From IMG/VR virus record IMGVR_UViG_2740892231_000012: 41,599 bases of DNA; one strand, 5' to 3'. Position numbers and translations under genes: made by a program. The notes under the pieces are model-generated. The model was given only the letters and a program-made list of their open reading frames with translations. It made no database searches and was not told the DNA's origin. The DNA is from a virus (Duplodnaviria; Heunggongvirae; Uroviricota; Caudoviricetes). Shown here in pieces: positions 1-8,316 of the stretch. Numbering within the stretch: position 1 is the stretch's first letter; each line of letters starts with the position of its first letter.

Positions 1-285
1 ATGATTATCAATAACGTCAAACTGGTGCTGGAAAACGAAGTGGTACACGGTTCGCTGGAGGTGCAGGATGGCGAAATCCGCGCCTTTGCCGAAAGCCAGA
101 GCCGCCTGCCAGAAGCGATGGACGGCGAAGGTGGCTGGCTACTACCCGGCCTGATTGAGCTGCATACCGACAACCTCGATAAATTCTTCACCCCGCGCCC
201 GAAAGTCGACTGGCCCGCCCATTCGGCGATGAGCAGCCACGACGCGCTGATGGTGGCAAGCGGCATCACCACCGTGCTGGTATAG
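1..285 (+). pseudogene. phnM: 5' fragment (94 aa) of a phnM-like gene (phosphonate C-P lyase pathway), ending at a premature stop at the prophage junction
   Basis: Translation MIINNVKLVLENEVV...SGITTVL matches my recollection of the E. coli PhnM N-terminus (about 378 aa in full). The reading frame stops at 283-285, immediately before AT-rich phage-end sequence. Confidence 0.6.
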
Positions 286-408
286 CGCGGCGATTTTTTT
301 GATACCGATTTGCATTTCATTTGATACCGCTGAAAAACGCCGATACGCAACTTATTTGATACTAAATCGGCGCTTTTCTTTTGGGTTTTAGAATGAGTTT
401 TTAAGCGT

Positions 409-1146
409 TCACTCACTCTCTTTTAAACCAGTTTTAACTGTTTGTGGTTTTGGGTAAGGCTGGACTTTGAATAGCTTTGTGTTGAGGCGTTTTCTGGCCC
501 TCTTGTTCAGAAACCGGATGTAACGAAACTGACGGAATTTATGAACACTGGCTCTGTCGATATTAGCCCTCAGATGTTCACCTCGCTGTCCGCCTCGTTT
601 AATGGCATTCCTGCAAATCTCGTGATACCACTCGCCATCAAGTTCATAGAATGTTGATTCGTGGCTGCCTACATAATCAAAATTGCTTGCCTGATACACG
701 ACACCAAGACAGCCACAACGCTCATCTGCAAACGACTGAACCCACTGTACCTGCGGATAAAGCTGCCTGATTAGCTTGAGCGCGTAACTGATTGCCCTTG
801 ATTCGGAGTTTCTCGGCATACAGTCATGCAGCCATAACCGGTTAAGCTCCATATATTCACGGTTCCGCGTGCCCGTTACGACGCGTGCACCACTGTTTGG
901 ATTAAGGGCATAGCCCCATTGCATTACGCCAACCAGCTCCCGTTCTGAAAATATGCCCAGATGAAGGTAGGAGTTATTTACGAAACGGTGGCTGTAATGT
1001 TTATTGACGATGACCAGTCTGGCCAGCCAGCAACTTATTGTCTCAACCCGCAACTCACGGGAGCCATAACCAACGATATTGTCGTTATAGCGAATAAGTT
1101 CAGGCGTGCTGATGATACGGGATGTGACTTGCTTTCTGTTCCCCAC
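409..1146 (-). CDS. mom: Mom-like DNA modification protein
   Basis: 245-aa ORF that is the last gene before the phage end and overlaps the 3' end of a Com-like zinc-finger ORF, as in the Mu com-mom operon. The true start may lie downstream of 1146. Confidence 0.65.
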   Translation of the reverse strand: MGNRKQVTSRIISTPELIRYNDNIVGYGSRELRVETISCWLARLVIVNKHYSHRFVNNSYLHLGIFSERELVGVMQWGYALNPNSGARVVTGTRNREYMELNRLWLHDCMPRNSESRAISYALKLIRQLYPQVQWVQSFADERCGCLGVVYQASNFDYVGSHESTFYELDGEWYHEICRNAIKRGGQRGEHLRANIDRASVHKFRQFRYIRFLNKRARKRLNTKLFKVQPYPKPQTVKTGLKESE

Positions 1147-1300
1147 GACAGGATTTCCTTGTGTATGTGGGGTGCTCTGTGGCGCTCGGAGATGTGATTT
1201 GATTGAGGGTTTTACAGCGCGGACATTTTACTTCCAGATAACTGAAACTGGCCCGTGCCAGTAGCTTATTGCAGTGTCGGCACCGTATGTTTCGATACAT
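1100..1300 (-). CDS. com: Com-like zinc-finger translational activator of mom
   Basis: Contains [10 protein letters not shown]...VKCPRCKTL, two CxxC pairs as in Mu Com. Internal ATG at 1300 has an AGGAGG 9 nt upstream; the longer ORF reaching 1345 is probably not translated. Overlaps the mom start. Confidence 0.7.
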   Translation of the reverse strand: MYRNIRCRHCNKLLARASFSYLEVKCPRCKTLNQITSPSATEHPTYTRKSCRGEQKASHIPYHQHA

Positions 1301-1342
1301 GGCCGCATAACCTCCTGCTTTGTTGTTGATGCCTTTCTCATG

Positions 1343-1490
1343 CAATCGATCGACAAAAACGATCGATTCGATTTGTTTAATTGATACAACAAATAGATTG
1401 AAAAGTCATCAACAATGATTCAGGGAGGTGATTATTTACTTAAAGAAAACGAAGAGTTAGCGAGTGAAAACGATCATAAAATGATCATTT
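1343..1490 (-). promoter_or_regulatory. GATC-rich region upstream of com-mom, candidate Dam-methylation-sensitive mom promoter region
   Basis: Several GATC sites clustered just upstream of com (in CGATCGAC and ACGATCGATT near 1345-1365, and CGATCAT and ATGATCAT near 1470-1490). In Mu, the mom promoter is controlled by Dam methylation of upstream GATC sites. Confidence 0.4.
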
Positions 1491-1573
1491 TATTGACTTT
1501 TTATCCAGTGAAGGTAGGATCGCGCGTATATGTAGTATGTTTCAAATCAACAGGATACTACATAAAAGGGAAA

Positions 1574-1612
1574 CCCAGCATAGCTGGAACTATGCTGGGT
1601 CAATCTGTAAAA
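1574..1612 (-). terminator. Candidate rho-independent terminator for leftward transcripts (perfect 10-bp inverted repeat followed by a T-rich run on the minus strand)
   Basis: CCCAGCATAG-ctggaa-CTATGCTGGG at 1577-1602. On the minus strand the stem is followed by TTTCCCTTTTAT. Confidence 0.4.
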
Positions 1613-1707
1613 ACTTGCATCAATGCTTTACTTCGAGCTCGTGGCGTATCCTATGATATTCCCCGGTCTCCTGTAAAGCAGAGATGCATAAAAAGGAGAT
1701 CTTTATC

Positions 1708-1878
1708 ATGGATAAAGAGCCTGTTTGCCCTGCCTGTAAGACTCCCTTACAGCTCATCTATCGCCGTTCTCGATCTCAAAATGGCAAGACATACAAACCA
1801 AAAAATGCTTCCTGTTTCAGGATGCTGATATGTCCTGCCTGTTCTCCCCGGAGGGAAAATACACAAAACGTGCATTAA
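1708..1878 (+). CDS. Small hypothetical zinc-ribbon protein (56 aa, CPAC...CPAC)
   Basis: ATG at 1708 is preceded by AAGGAG at good spacing. Two CPAC motifs. It is the only plus-strand ORF inside the cargo block. No homology recognised. Confidence 0.35.
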   Translation: MDKEPVCPACKTPLQLIYRRSRSQNGKTYKPKNASCFRMLICPACSPRRENTQNVH

Positions 1879-1916
1879 CAAATTCACCCGGCAGGGAAAC
1901 CTGCCGGTCGGTATTG

Positions 1917-2162
1917 TTACATCATAGTACCGTCAGTTCCGGGCTGAACCGGCTCTGGTTGCTCTACGGCTTGAGGCTCATTCTCCGTGCTGTTTTCAGC
2001 CGGAGAATGGCCAACCATTCGGGCCAGCACTTCATCAACATATGCGTCGATTTGTGCCTCAAAATCCTTGCGAACCTGCGCCTTCAGCACGCGGTTCACT
2101 TCTTCAGAATAAAGTGCCTGTTTGACAAGCTCTTCAGTAACCGTGCCTTTAATCTCTGGCAT
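1917..2162 (-). CDS. Hypothetical protein (81 aa, acidic and Pro-rich C-terminus)
   Basis: ORF co-oriented with the esterase, with GGAGAA ahead of the ATG. No homology recognised. Confidence 0.4.
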   Translation of the reverse strand: MPEIKGTVTEELVKQALYSEEVNRVLKAQVRKDFEAQIDAYVDEVLARMVGHSPAENSTENEPQAVEQPEPVQPGTDGTMM

Positions 2163-2197
2163 GAATATTCTCCTTTTGCAGGTATATTGCCCCGTTA

Positions 2198-2380
2198 TCA
2201 GAGCGGGGTCGGGTCGTTTGGGGATGACGGTGCCTGTGCTGTTTTACTGAGTTTTTCAGCTGCCGCATCATCAATTTTACGGCGAATATAATTTCTGATG
2301 ACCTTATAACCGCCGCTCACCAGATATAACGCACTGACCACTGCGCAGAAATAAAGCAGCATTGTATGAACGAATGTCAT
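2198..2380 (-). CDS. Hypothetical small membrane protein (60 aa, one predicted TM helix)
   Basis: Hydrophobic N-terminal segment LLYFCAVVSALYLVSGG followed by a basic stretch. Co-oriented with the esterase. Confidence 0.35.
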   Translation of the reverse strand: MTFVHTMLLYFCAVVSALYLVSGGYKVIRNYIRRKIDDAAAEKLSKTAQAPSSPNDPTPL

Positions 2381-2526
2381 ATAACCTTACCTTTGATATT
2401 GACTACATAATTCGTTATCGGGTAAAAACATCGAAGCGACTGATAACCACTCCTTCGGGAGTATTTTTATTTTCCTTTATGGGTTAGGTAGCTCCCGCCA
2501 GCCATATCATGACCGGCGGGATTTTT

Positions 2527-4566
2527 TTATTCTGTTACCGCTTTTTTCACTTCCACCACAATGCTGTCAATCAGCACCGGGTAAGTTGCATTTTTTGTGA
2601 TATCCGTTACGCGGAGTTTGTCCACCGGGAAAGTTCCTACTGGTGACTGCGTCAGGGTAAACGCGGCACCATCCTGACCATCAATAACCGGAATAACCTG
2701 AAGGCTGTTATTTCCTGCAAAACGGAAGGCCAGCGTATGCCATTCATTATCAAATGCACCAAAGGTTCCCAGTTTCTGGTTATTTGTTGCCACTTTTGCA
2801 TTGTGGTACATCACATTCAGGTCTTTTGCGTCTGTCTGGATGTAGAACGATGCCAGCAGATTATTCCCTGCATCCCCTGTCAGGGTGACACCCTGCGGCA
2901 GAGAGGAAACCGGCCAGTAAAGCGCCATGACATACTGGTTTGCCACCAGGTCGCCCGGTACTTTAAAACGACAACTGATTAAACCACCATTTTTCAGCAG
3001 TTCAGCACCAGTACCGGCATCATGATCCAGATACCAGGATGATTTACCTGTTTCCTTGGTCAGTTTCATTGCCTTACCACCTGTGCCTCCTGCATCACTG
3101 ATAATTTCAGCTTTACCGCCAGCCGGCTCCCAGCCCTGGGCTTTCAGATTTCCTTCTGACTCACTGACACGGTAAGACAGCAGTGTTGTGGTTACTGCTT
3201 CAGTTTCTGAAGGTGACGGCACTGGTGCTTCAGTTTCAGAAGATGGAACATCGGCTTTTACTGTGGTTCGCCCCGCATGAGTCAGAACTGCCGTGGCCAG
3301 ACGGTCGGAAATAATCCCACGACGTGCCCATGAACTGAAATGGCTGGCCCGGTCCGTAGATGTCCAGGTGGCGGCACTGTTACGCCACGTTGAGCCGTAA
3401 TAACCAATGGATTCAATATCCGGGTCTTCTGCCGGATTGTTGGTGGGTACATTCGCGCCATTTTCATCTGTCATTAATGGGACGAAATGAATGTTTTTAT
3501 CTGTTTTATTTTTGTAGCCGTCATAGATTGCCTGGTATGCCTGTTCGTTTTTCTGTTTCCAGAAATACGTGGTATCACCACAAATCCACGGAACGCCAGC
3601 AGCACTGCCACCGGTACACTGTTCCGCCTGTTCAGCCAGGTCTGCGCGGAATTTTTCCACCATCGCCAGAAACAGCGCAGAATGCTCCGTCGGCTTCGCA
3701 TCAATATCAAACTCGCCCTGCATCCACACCACAGCAAGCAGGCGGTTTTTCGGGTTCTTCGCCAGTGCCGCTTTTGTCCGGCTGATTAAGTCCTTATACA
3801 GCGGCTTATCCACACCCCAGCGGGCTGAGTCCTCTGAAGCACCCGTGCTGTCACTGTACGTGCCGTCAGCACCCACCGTGAATGCAGAACCACCACGGCA
3901 GCAGGGAACCAGCAGAATCCCCGCATCTGCCGGAATAAACGGCAGCAGTTTTTTGGCAATGTGAAGCCCCTGACCCACGGTGCCATATTGCCCTTTAGCC
4001 ACATCCGCTTTCGGGTGATTTTTTCCACTCATATCCTGCACATCATGCAGACAGTGGTCGGCCAGAATGATGTCGTTATACTGACAGGCTTTACCTCCCG
4101 GCGTGACTGTACTGCGACGGGCTAACTGCATAATACGCGGTTCGGGGCGGTCATATGTCTCCGGCAGTGGCAGACCTTCACCGTAAGCCATACCGTTTGA
4201 CTGACCAGCAAGAACCACCACGTAATACCAGGAAGGGGAGCTGGAAGCAGTTTCATTTCCTGACGGACGGGTATGTGTTTCAGCATTATCCCAGTCTGAC
4301 GGTTCAGCAGTACCGGCAACATCAGCACTTAACGGAATGACCGCACCAATACCCGCTCCGGTAATTTCCACACTCGGATCACCGGATACTGGCCTTACCC
4401 ACAGGCAATCCCGGGTATTAAAACTGATGAGACAGTCAGCAAATGTCATTCCTCCTTTTGTTTCGGCCGGAGGAAAGGGAGCCTCAAGAAATGCCGCTGT
4501 ACCACCGGAAACTTTAACAGTAAAGTTTCCGGGCATTGATGATAGTTGAACCCATTTGGACGTCAT
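2527..4566 (-). CDS. Putative carbohydrate esterase, sialate O-acetylesterase (SASA/DUF303) family, resembling prophage NanS-p; cargo gene
   Basis: 679-aa ORF with VVVLAGQSNGMAYGEG, which matches the GQSN catalytic-serine motif of SASA-family SGNH esterases. Long C-terminal domain looks like a carbohydrate-binding module. Sits between gin and com, where Mu has no gene. Confidence 0.6.
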   Translation of the reverse strand: MTSKWVQLSSMPGNFTVKVSGGTAAFLEAPFPPAETKGGMTFADCLISFNTRDCLWVRPVSGDPSVEITGAGIGAVIPLSADVAGTAEPSDWDNAETHTRPSGNETASSSPSWYYVVVLAGQSNGMAYGEGLPLPETYDRPEPRIMQLARRSTVTPGGKACQYNDIILADHCLHDVQDMSGKNHPKADVAKGQYGTVGQGLHIAKKLLPFIPADAGILLVPCCRGGSAFTVGADGTYSDSTGASEDSARWGVDKPLYKDLISRTKAALAKNPKNRLLAVVWMQGEFDIDAKPTEHSALFLAMVEKFRADLAEQAEQCTGGSAAGVPWICGDTTYFWKQKNEQAYQAIYDGYKNKTDKNIHFVPLMTDENGANVPTNNPAEDPDIESIGYYGSTWRNSAATWTSTDRASHFSSWARRGIISDRLATAVLTHAGRTTVKADVPSSETEAPVPSPSETEAVTTTLLSYRVSESEGNLKAQGWEPAGGKAEIISDAGGTGGKAMKLTKETGKSSWYLDHDAGTGAELLKNGGLISCRFKVPGDLVANQYVMALYWPVSSLPQGVTLTGDAGNNLLASFYIQTDAKDLNVMYHNAKVATNNQKLGTFGAFDNEWHTLAFRFAGNNSLQVIPVIDGQDGAAFTLTQSPVGTFPVDKLRVTDITKNATYPVLIDSIVVEVKKAVTE

Positions 4567-4860
4567 AATAATCAGCCTGTTCCTGAATAAACTGAATTAT
4601 CATATCCACAGACCGATAAACGCCATTTTGCGTTAATTCAGTAAAGGCCCAACAAAGGGAGCGTCTTATTTTTCCGAAACGCTCGCAGGATAATAACGAT
4701 AAAGGGTTGAAAGGCCGATATCAAAAATAAGTGCCACCTGTCTTCGACTGACACCCCCGGCCAGTAAACGCCCAACCTGCTCGTATTGTTCCTGCGTGAG
4801 ACGGCGGGGTCTGCCGCCGGTTCGTCCCCTTTCACGGGCAGCNNNNNNNNNNAGAGCGTC

Positions 4861-5603
4861 TTATTTTTCCGAAACGCTCGCAGGATAATAACGATAAAGG
4901 GTTGAAAGACCGATATCAAAAATAAGTGCCACCTGTCTTCGACTGACACCCCCGGCCAGTAAACGCCCGACCTGCTCGTATTGTTCCTGCGTGAGACGGC
5001 GGGGTCTGCCGCCGGTTCGTCCCCTTTCACGGGCAGCTGCAAGACCAGCCCGTGTCCGTTCGACAATTAATTCACGCTCCATTTCTGCCAGCGCACCCAT
5101 TATGTGAAAAAAGAAGCGCCCCATGGGGGTTGACGTATCAATGTTGTCAGTAAGACTACGAAAATTTATCCCCTGTTGCTGTAATTCATCTGTCAGCGCA
5201 ACAAGGTGGCGCATACTGCGCCCCAGCCTGTCCAGTTTCCAGACCATCAGCGTGTCACCGGGTTTTAGTTTCTTCAGTGCCCGCTTCAGTCCCGGCCGCT
5301 GTGTCGTTTTACCACTCATTTTGTCTTCAAAAATCTGCTCACATCCTGCACATTCCAGCGCATTTCTTTGTAAACCGGTGTTNNNNNNNNNNACATACTG
5401 CGCCCCAGCCTGTCCAGTTTCCAGACCATCAGTGTGTCACCGGGTTTTAGTTTCTTCAGTGCCCGCTTCAGTCCCGGCCGCTGCGTTGTTTTTCCGCTCA
5501 TTTTGTCTTCAAAAATCTGCTCACATCCTGCACATTCCAGCGCATTTCTTTGTAAACCGGTGTTCTGGTCATTTGTTGATACGCGTATATAGCCAATCAG
5601 CAT
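4861..5603 (-). CDS. gin: Gin DNA invertase (serine recombinase); coordinates include an N10 gap at 5383-5392 and its duplicated flank
   Basis: MLIGYIRVSTNDQNT...GDTLMVWKLDRLGRSM...INFRSLTD...GRFFFHIMGALAEMERE is closely similar to Mu Gin / Hin-family invertases. A second copy of the gin 3' end at 4666-4842 is a gap-flank duplicate. Confidence 0.9.
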
Positions 5604-5665
5604 GTATTTACCTTCCTTAAAAAGAGGTGGAAAAGCCTTTTAAAGCAGATATACGGCATCCCTGA

Positions 5666-5692
5666 AACCTCGGTTTACGGGATACGGTAAAC
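5666..5692. promoter_or_regulatory. gix-like recombination site, right boundary of the invertible segment
   Basis: AACCTCGGTTTACGGGATACGGTAAAC resembles the Mu gix core and is an inverted copy of the site at 7206-7232. Lies directly upstream of gin. Confidence 0.6.
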
Positions 5693-6037
5693 AGGGCCGC
5701 GAATGCCCTGCCATCAAACGGTACGGCTGTTGCAGCAAGCAGGCTGGCAAATGCCCGCAGAATCAATGGTGTCGCCTTTGACGGCACGCAGGATATAAAC
5801 ATTACGTCAGGAATGCCGGAATCAACGGCCAATCAGCGTTATGTTACAGGGGTAAGACTGGGAGCGCAGGCATTAAGCGGCGGACTGGAATATAATTACT
5901 CCCTGTCATCAGGAAATGTGATTACCGGTTTTAAGACTGACGGAGACTGGGAAATGCGTGGTGGTGATGACCGTGTTTATTACAGACAGATACAATATTG
6001 TATTAATGGGCATTGGGTATCCGCTGCAAGTATTTAA
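5681..6037 (+). CDS. Silent alternative tail-fibre C-terminal cassette (S'v-like), promoterless in this orientation
   Basis: Translation DTVNRAANALPSNGTAVAASRLANARRINGVAFDGTQDINITSGM... parallels the S segment ...TVNKAADALPSGGTAVAANRLATPRNINGVPFDGTLDINITSGM. C-terminal YYRQIQYCINGHW parallels YYRPVQIYINNAW in S. Confidence 0.6.
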   Translation, partial: DTVNRAANALPSNGTAVAASRLANARRINGVAFDGTQDINITSGMPESTANQRYVTGVRLGAQALSGGLEYNYSLSSGNVITGFKTDGDWEMRGGDDRVYYRQIQYCINGHWVSAASI

Positions 6038-6158
6038 TTAACGGGGGCATAGCACACAGCAGCCAGCATCTGAAATATGCGTTATTTCAGACAAGCATTG
6101 CCTGTATATGGCGATAGTATTATTCCTGTTTTTATCATTGATTTACATGGTGATGTTT

Positions 6159-6810
6159 ATGCAACTGATTAATGTCAAACGATATTACCCGAAAGACAAA
6201 CCCTATGGTGAGGATGTTCAGTATTTCCAGAGTGAGGACGGAAGGGATTTTTATGAATCTATCCCGCTTTTTACAAAGAAATACAAACTCTGTATTTCGC
6301 CTGTAACGGGTATTATCTGCTCTGTTGCTGAAGATGTCTCTGCTTTATATCCGGCAGGTTTTACTGTTGTTGAAGTGGACGAACTGCCGGAAGGTGTGAA
6401 TATTGACGGTAACTGGCAGTTTTCTGATGGCCTGATATCAAAGGTGCCGGTAAACTGGAAGACGGTTGCTGAAAAGCGCCGCTCATCGCTGCTCCAGGAA
6501 GCCAACGAAACTGTGGATGACTGGAAAACGGAATTAAAACTGGACATGATTAGCGATGAAAATAAATTACAGCTGACGCGCTGGATGGCGTATATCCGNN
6601 NNNNNNNNTCGCTCATCGCTGCTCCAGGAAGCCAACGAAACCGTGGATGACTGGAAAACAGAATTAAAACTGGACATGATTAGCGATGAAAATAAATTAC
6701 AGCTGACGCGCTGGATGGCGTATATCCGACAGCTTAAAGAAATGCACCTTAATGATATTGCCAGTGAGGGGCATTACCAGGCGATTCCCTGGCCGGAAAA
6801 ACCGGAATAA
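6159..6810 (+). CDS. Tail-fibre assembly protein (U/Tfa family); includes N10 gap at 6599-6608 and duplicated flank
   Basis: Similar to Mu U: ...GIICSVAEDVSA..., ...FTVVEVDELPEG..., and C-terminal ...MISDENKLQLTRWMAYIRQLKEM...IPWPEKPE. Confidence 0.75.
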
Positions 6811-6844
6811 TTCAGAGGGTGCATTCAGCACCCTTTTCTGTGGT

Positions 6845-7756
6845 TTACACTGAACTTACCGTTCTCCAGGCATTATTAATATAAATCTGAACCGGGCGAT
6901 AATAGACCCCACCGATATTGTCCGCAGACCGGGAGCCGGTTTCCTGCACGTTAATACCGGAAAGCATACAACCGGAAGGTGCGCTGTAATTCCATGACAT
7001 TTCATTGCCTCCGGGTGAATGATAGCTCTGTGCTCCAAGCTGAACATTCTGTACATACCGGCCATCTGCGGTTGACTGCGTCATTCCTGACGTGATGTTG
7101 ATATCCAGCGTTCCGTCAAAAGGAACACCATTAATATTTCTTGGGGTGGCGAGTCTGTTTGCTGCCACGGCGGTTCCACCCGATGGCAGGGCATCAGCAG
7201 CCTTATTTACCGTTTCCCGTAAACCGACGTTATCGATAAAAGCGCCTTTATCCGGAATGTCTGCGCCGTTCTGCTCCCTGCGCAGGTAACGGTTATCACC
7301 TTCGCTTTTGCTGTAAACATCCAGATTATTACGGGCGGTTCCCGCATTCTCCAGGTCGGCAAGGTTCTGATCCTTCGCCAGAGCATTAACGTCACCGGGA
7401 CCAAGACTGTTTTTTGTGGCAAGCGCCCCAAGACCAAGATAACCACGGGCAAGACGCTGGGCTTCCGCACCGGCATCAGCAATTTCTTTCAGGTTGTTTT
7501 TCCGGGAAAAGGCATTCGCAGCGATAATGGCTTTAATGGACAGCGTAAGCTGGTTTAACTGCGCCTTATCCGGCTGAATACTGGCTTCAGCCAGAATATT
7601 CAGCAGTTCGGCCTGGAGAATATTCAGCCAGTCCTGACCAATCCAGCTGATACCTTTTTGTCCGTCACCTTCGGTAAACCAGGTGGTGGTATTACTCTGC
7701 GCCGGAGCCAGTTCAGGCATATTCGCCACGCCGGAATTATTATCAACATGGAACAT
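6845..7756 (-). CDS. Tail fibre protein S (constant part plus currently expressed variable C-terminus)
   Basis: Start MFHVDNNSGV uses an ATG overlapping the stop of the upstream baseplate gene (TAATG), preceded by GAGGAG. Contains the gix-like site at the constant/variable junction. Confidence 0.75.
   Translation of the reverse strand: MFHVDNNSGVANMPELAPAQSNTTTWFTEGDGQKGISWIGQDWLNILQAELLNILAEASIQPDKAQLNQLTLSIKAIIAANAFSRKNNLKEIADAGAEAQRLARGYLGLGALATKNSLGPGDVNALAKDQNLADLENAGTARNNLDVYSKSEGDNRYLRREQNGADIPDKGAFIDNVGLRETVNKAADALPSGGTAVAANRLATPRNINGVPFDGTLDINITSGMTQSTADGRYVQNVQLGAQSYHSPGGNEMSWNYSAPSGCMLSGINVQETGSRSADNIGGVYYRPVQIYINNAWRTVSSV
7206..7232. promoter_or_regulatory. gix-like recombination site inside the S coding sequence, left boundary of the invertible segment
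   Basis: TTACCGTTTCCCGTAAACCGACGTT is the inverted counterpart of the 5666-5692 site. Confidence 0.6.
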
Positions 7757-8316
7757 TAAATATTCTCCTCTTCGTGACTGTTTGCATATACGTAAATAAA
7801 CGTCTGCCATGCAGGCTTATAACGGTTCAGAATACATTCCAGCGCACCACCCTCATAAATACGCAGCGGGGTGAGAATATCATCCAGCACATTCATATTC
7901 CGGTAGCCGGTTTCACTGTTTATCGTGACAATACTGACCCACTGTGAATCCGGTGATGGCTGAATATCTATTTCATAACCAAACTCTGCCGCAAACCGGA
8001 TATAAAATTCACGGTTCAGCGAAGGCTTCATCCGGTATTTATTCCCGGCATAACGCTGTCGTTCTGTGATGGTGGCTCCGGCCATATCACACTCGGGAAG
8101 GCCGAGATAACGCTCCCAGTCTTCCAGAAGCAGACGGGAACTGTCAGGGAAACGTTCTGCCAGCAGTTGTTTTCCCGTCCATGCAACACGTTCGGTGGAA
8201 TGGCTGAGGCCAAGGCATAACGCAGCCAGTACGGATGACGGCCGCTTGTCCCAGGCCAGTCCGTCAGGCAGCAACTGCAACAGGGCGCGCTGATGCGGAG
8301 TGAGGGTTACAGCCAT
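7756..8316 (-). CDS. Baseplate protein (Mu gp48-like)
   Basis: 186-aa ORF placed between the baseplate J-like gene and the tail fibre gene, as in Mu; translationally coupled to both. Confidence 0.6.
   Translation of the reverse strand: MAVTLTPHQRALLQLLPDGLAWDKRPSSVLAALCLGLSHSTERVAWTGKQLLAERFPDSSRLLLEDWERYLGLPECDMAGATITERQRYAGNKYRMKPSLNREFYIRFAAEFGYEIDIQPSPDSQWVSIVTINSETGYRNMNVLDDILTPLRIYEGGALECILNRYKPAWQTFIYVYANSHEEENI

Larger units (their letters stand above)
5666..7232. other. G-like invertible tail-fibre host-range segment (about 1.57 kb)
   Basis: Bounded by inverted gix-like sites and about 200 bp of inverted coding homology (S 7030-7230 versus 5681-5880). Contains an alternative fibre C-terminus and a tail-fibre assembly gene on the opposite strand to S. 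Confidence 0.65.

Noticed and set aside
1415-1828. 137-aa plus-strand ORF
   Set aside because: No ribosome-binding site, overlaps the hairpin and promoter-like element; only the downstream zinc-ribbon ORF (1708-1878) has a credible start.
4638-5066. 142-aa minus-strand ORF containing an internally repeated peptide
   Set aside because: Out of frame with gin and produced by the duplicated gap flanks around 4843-4852.
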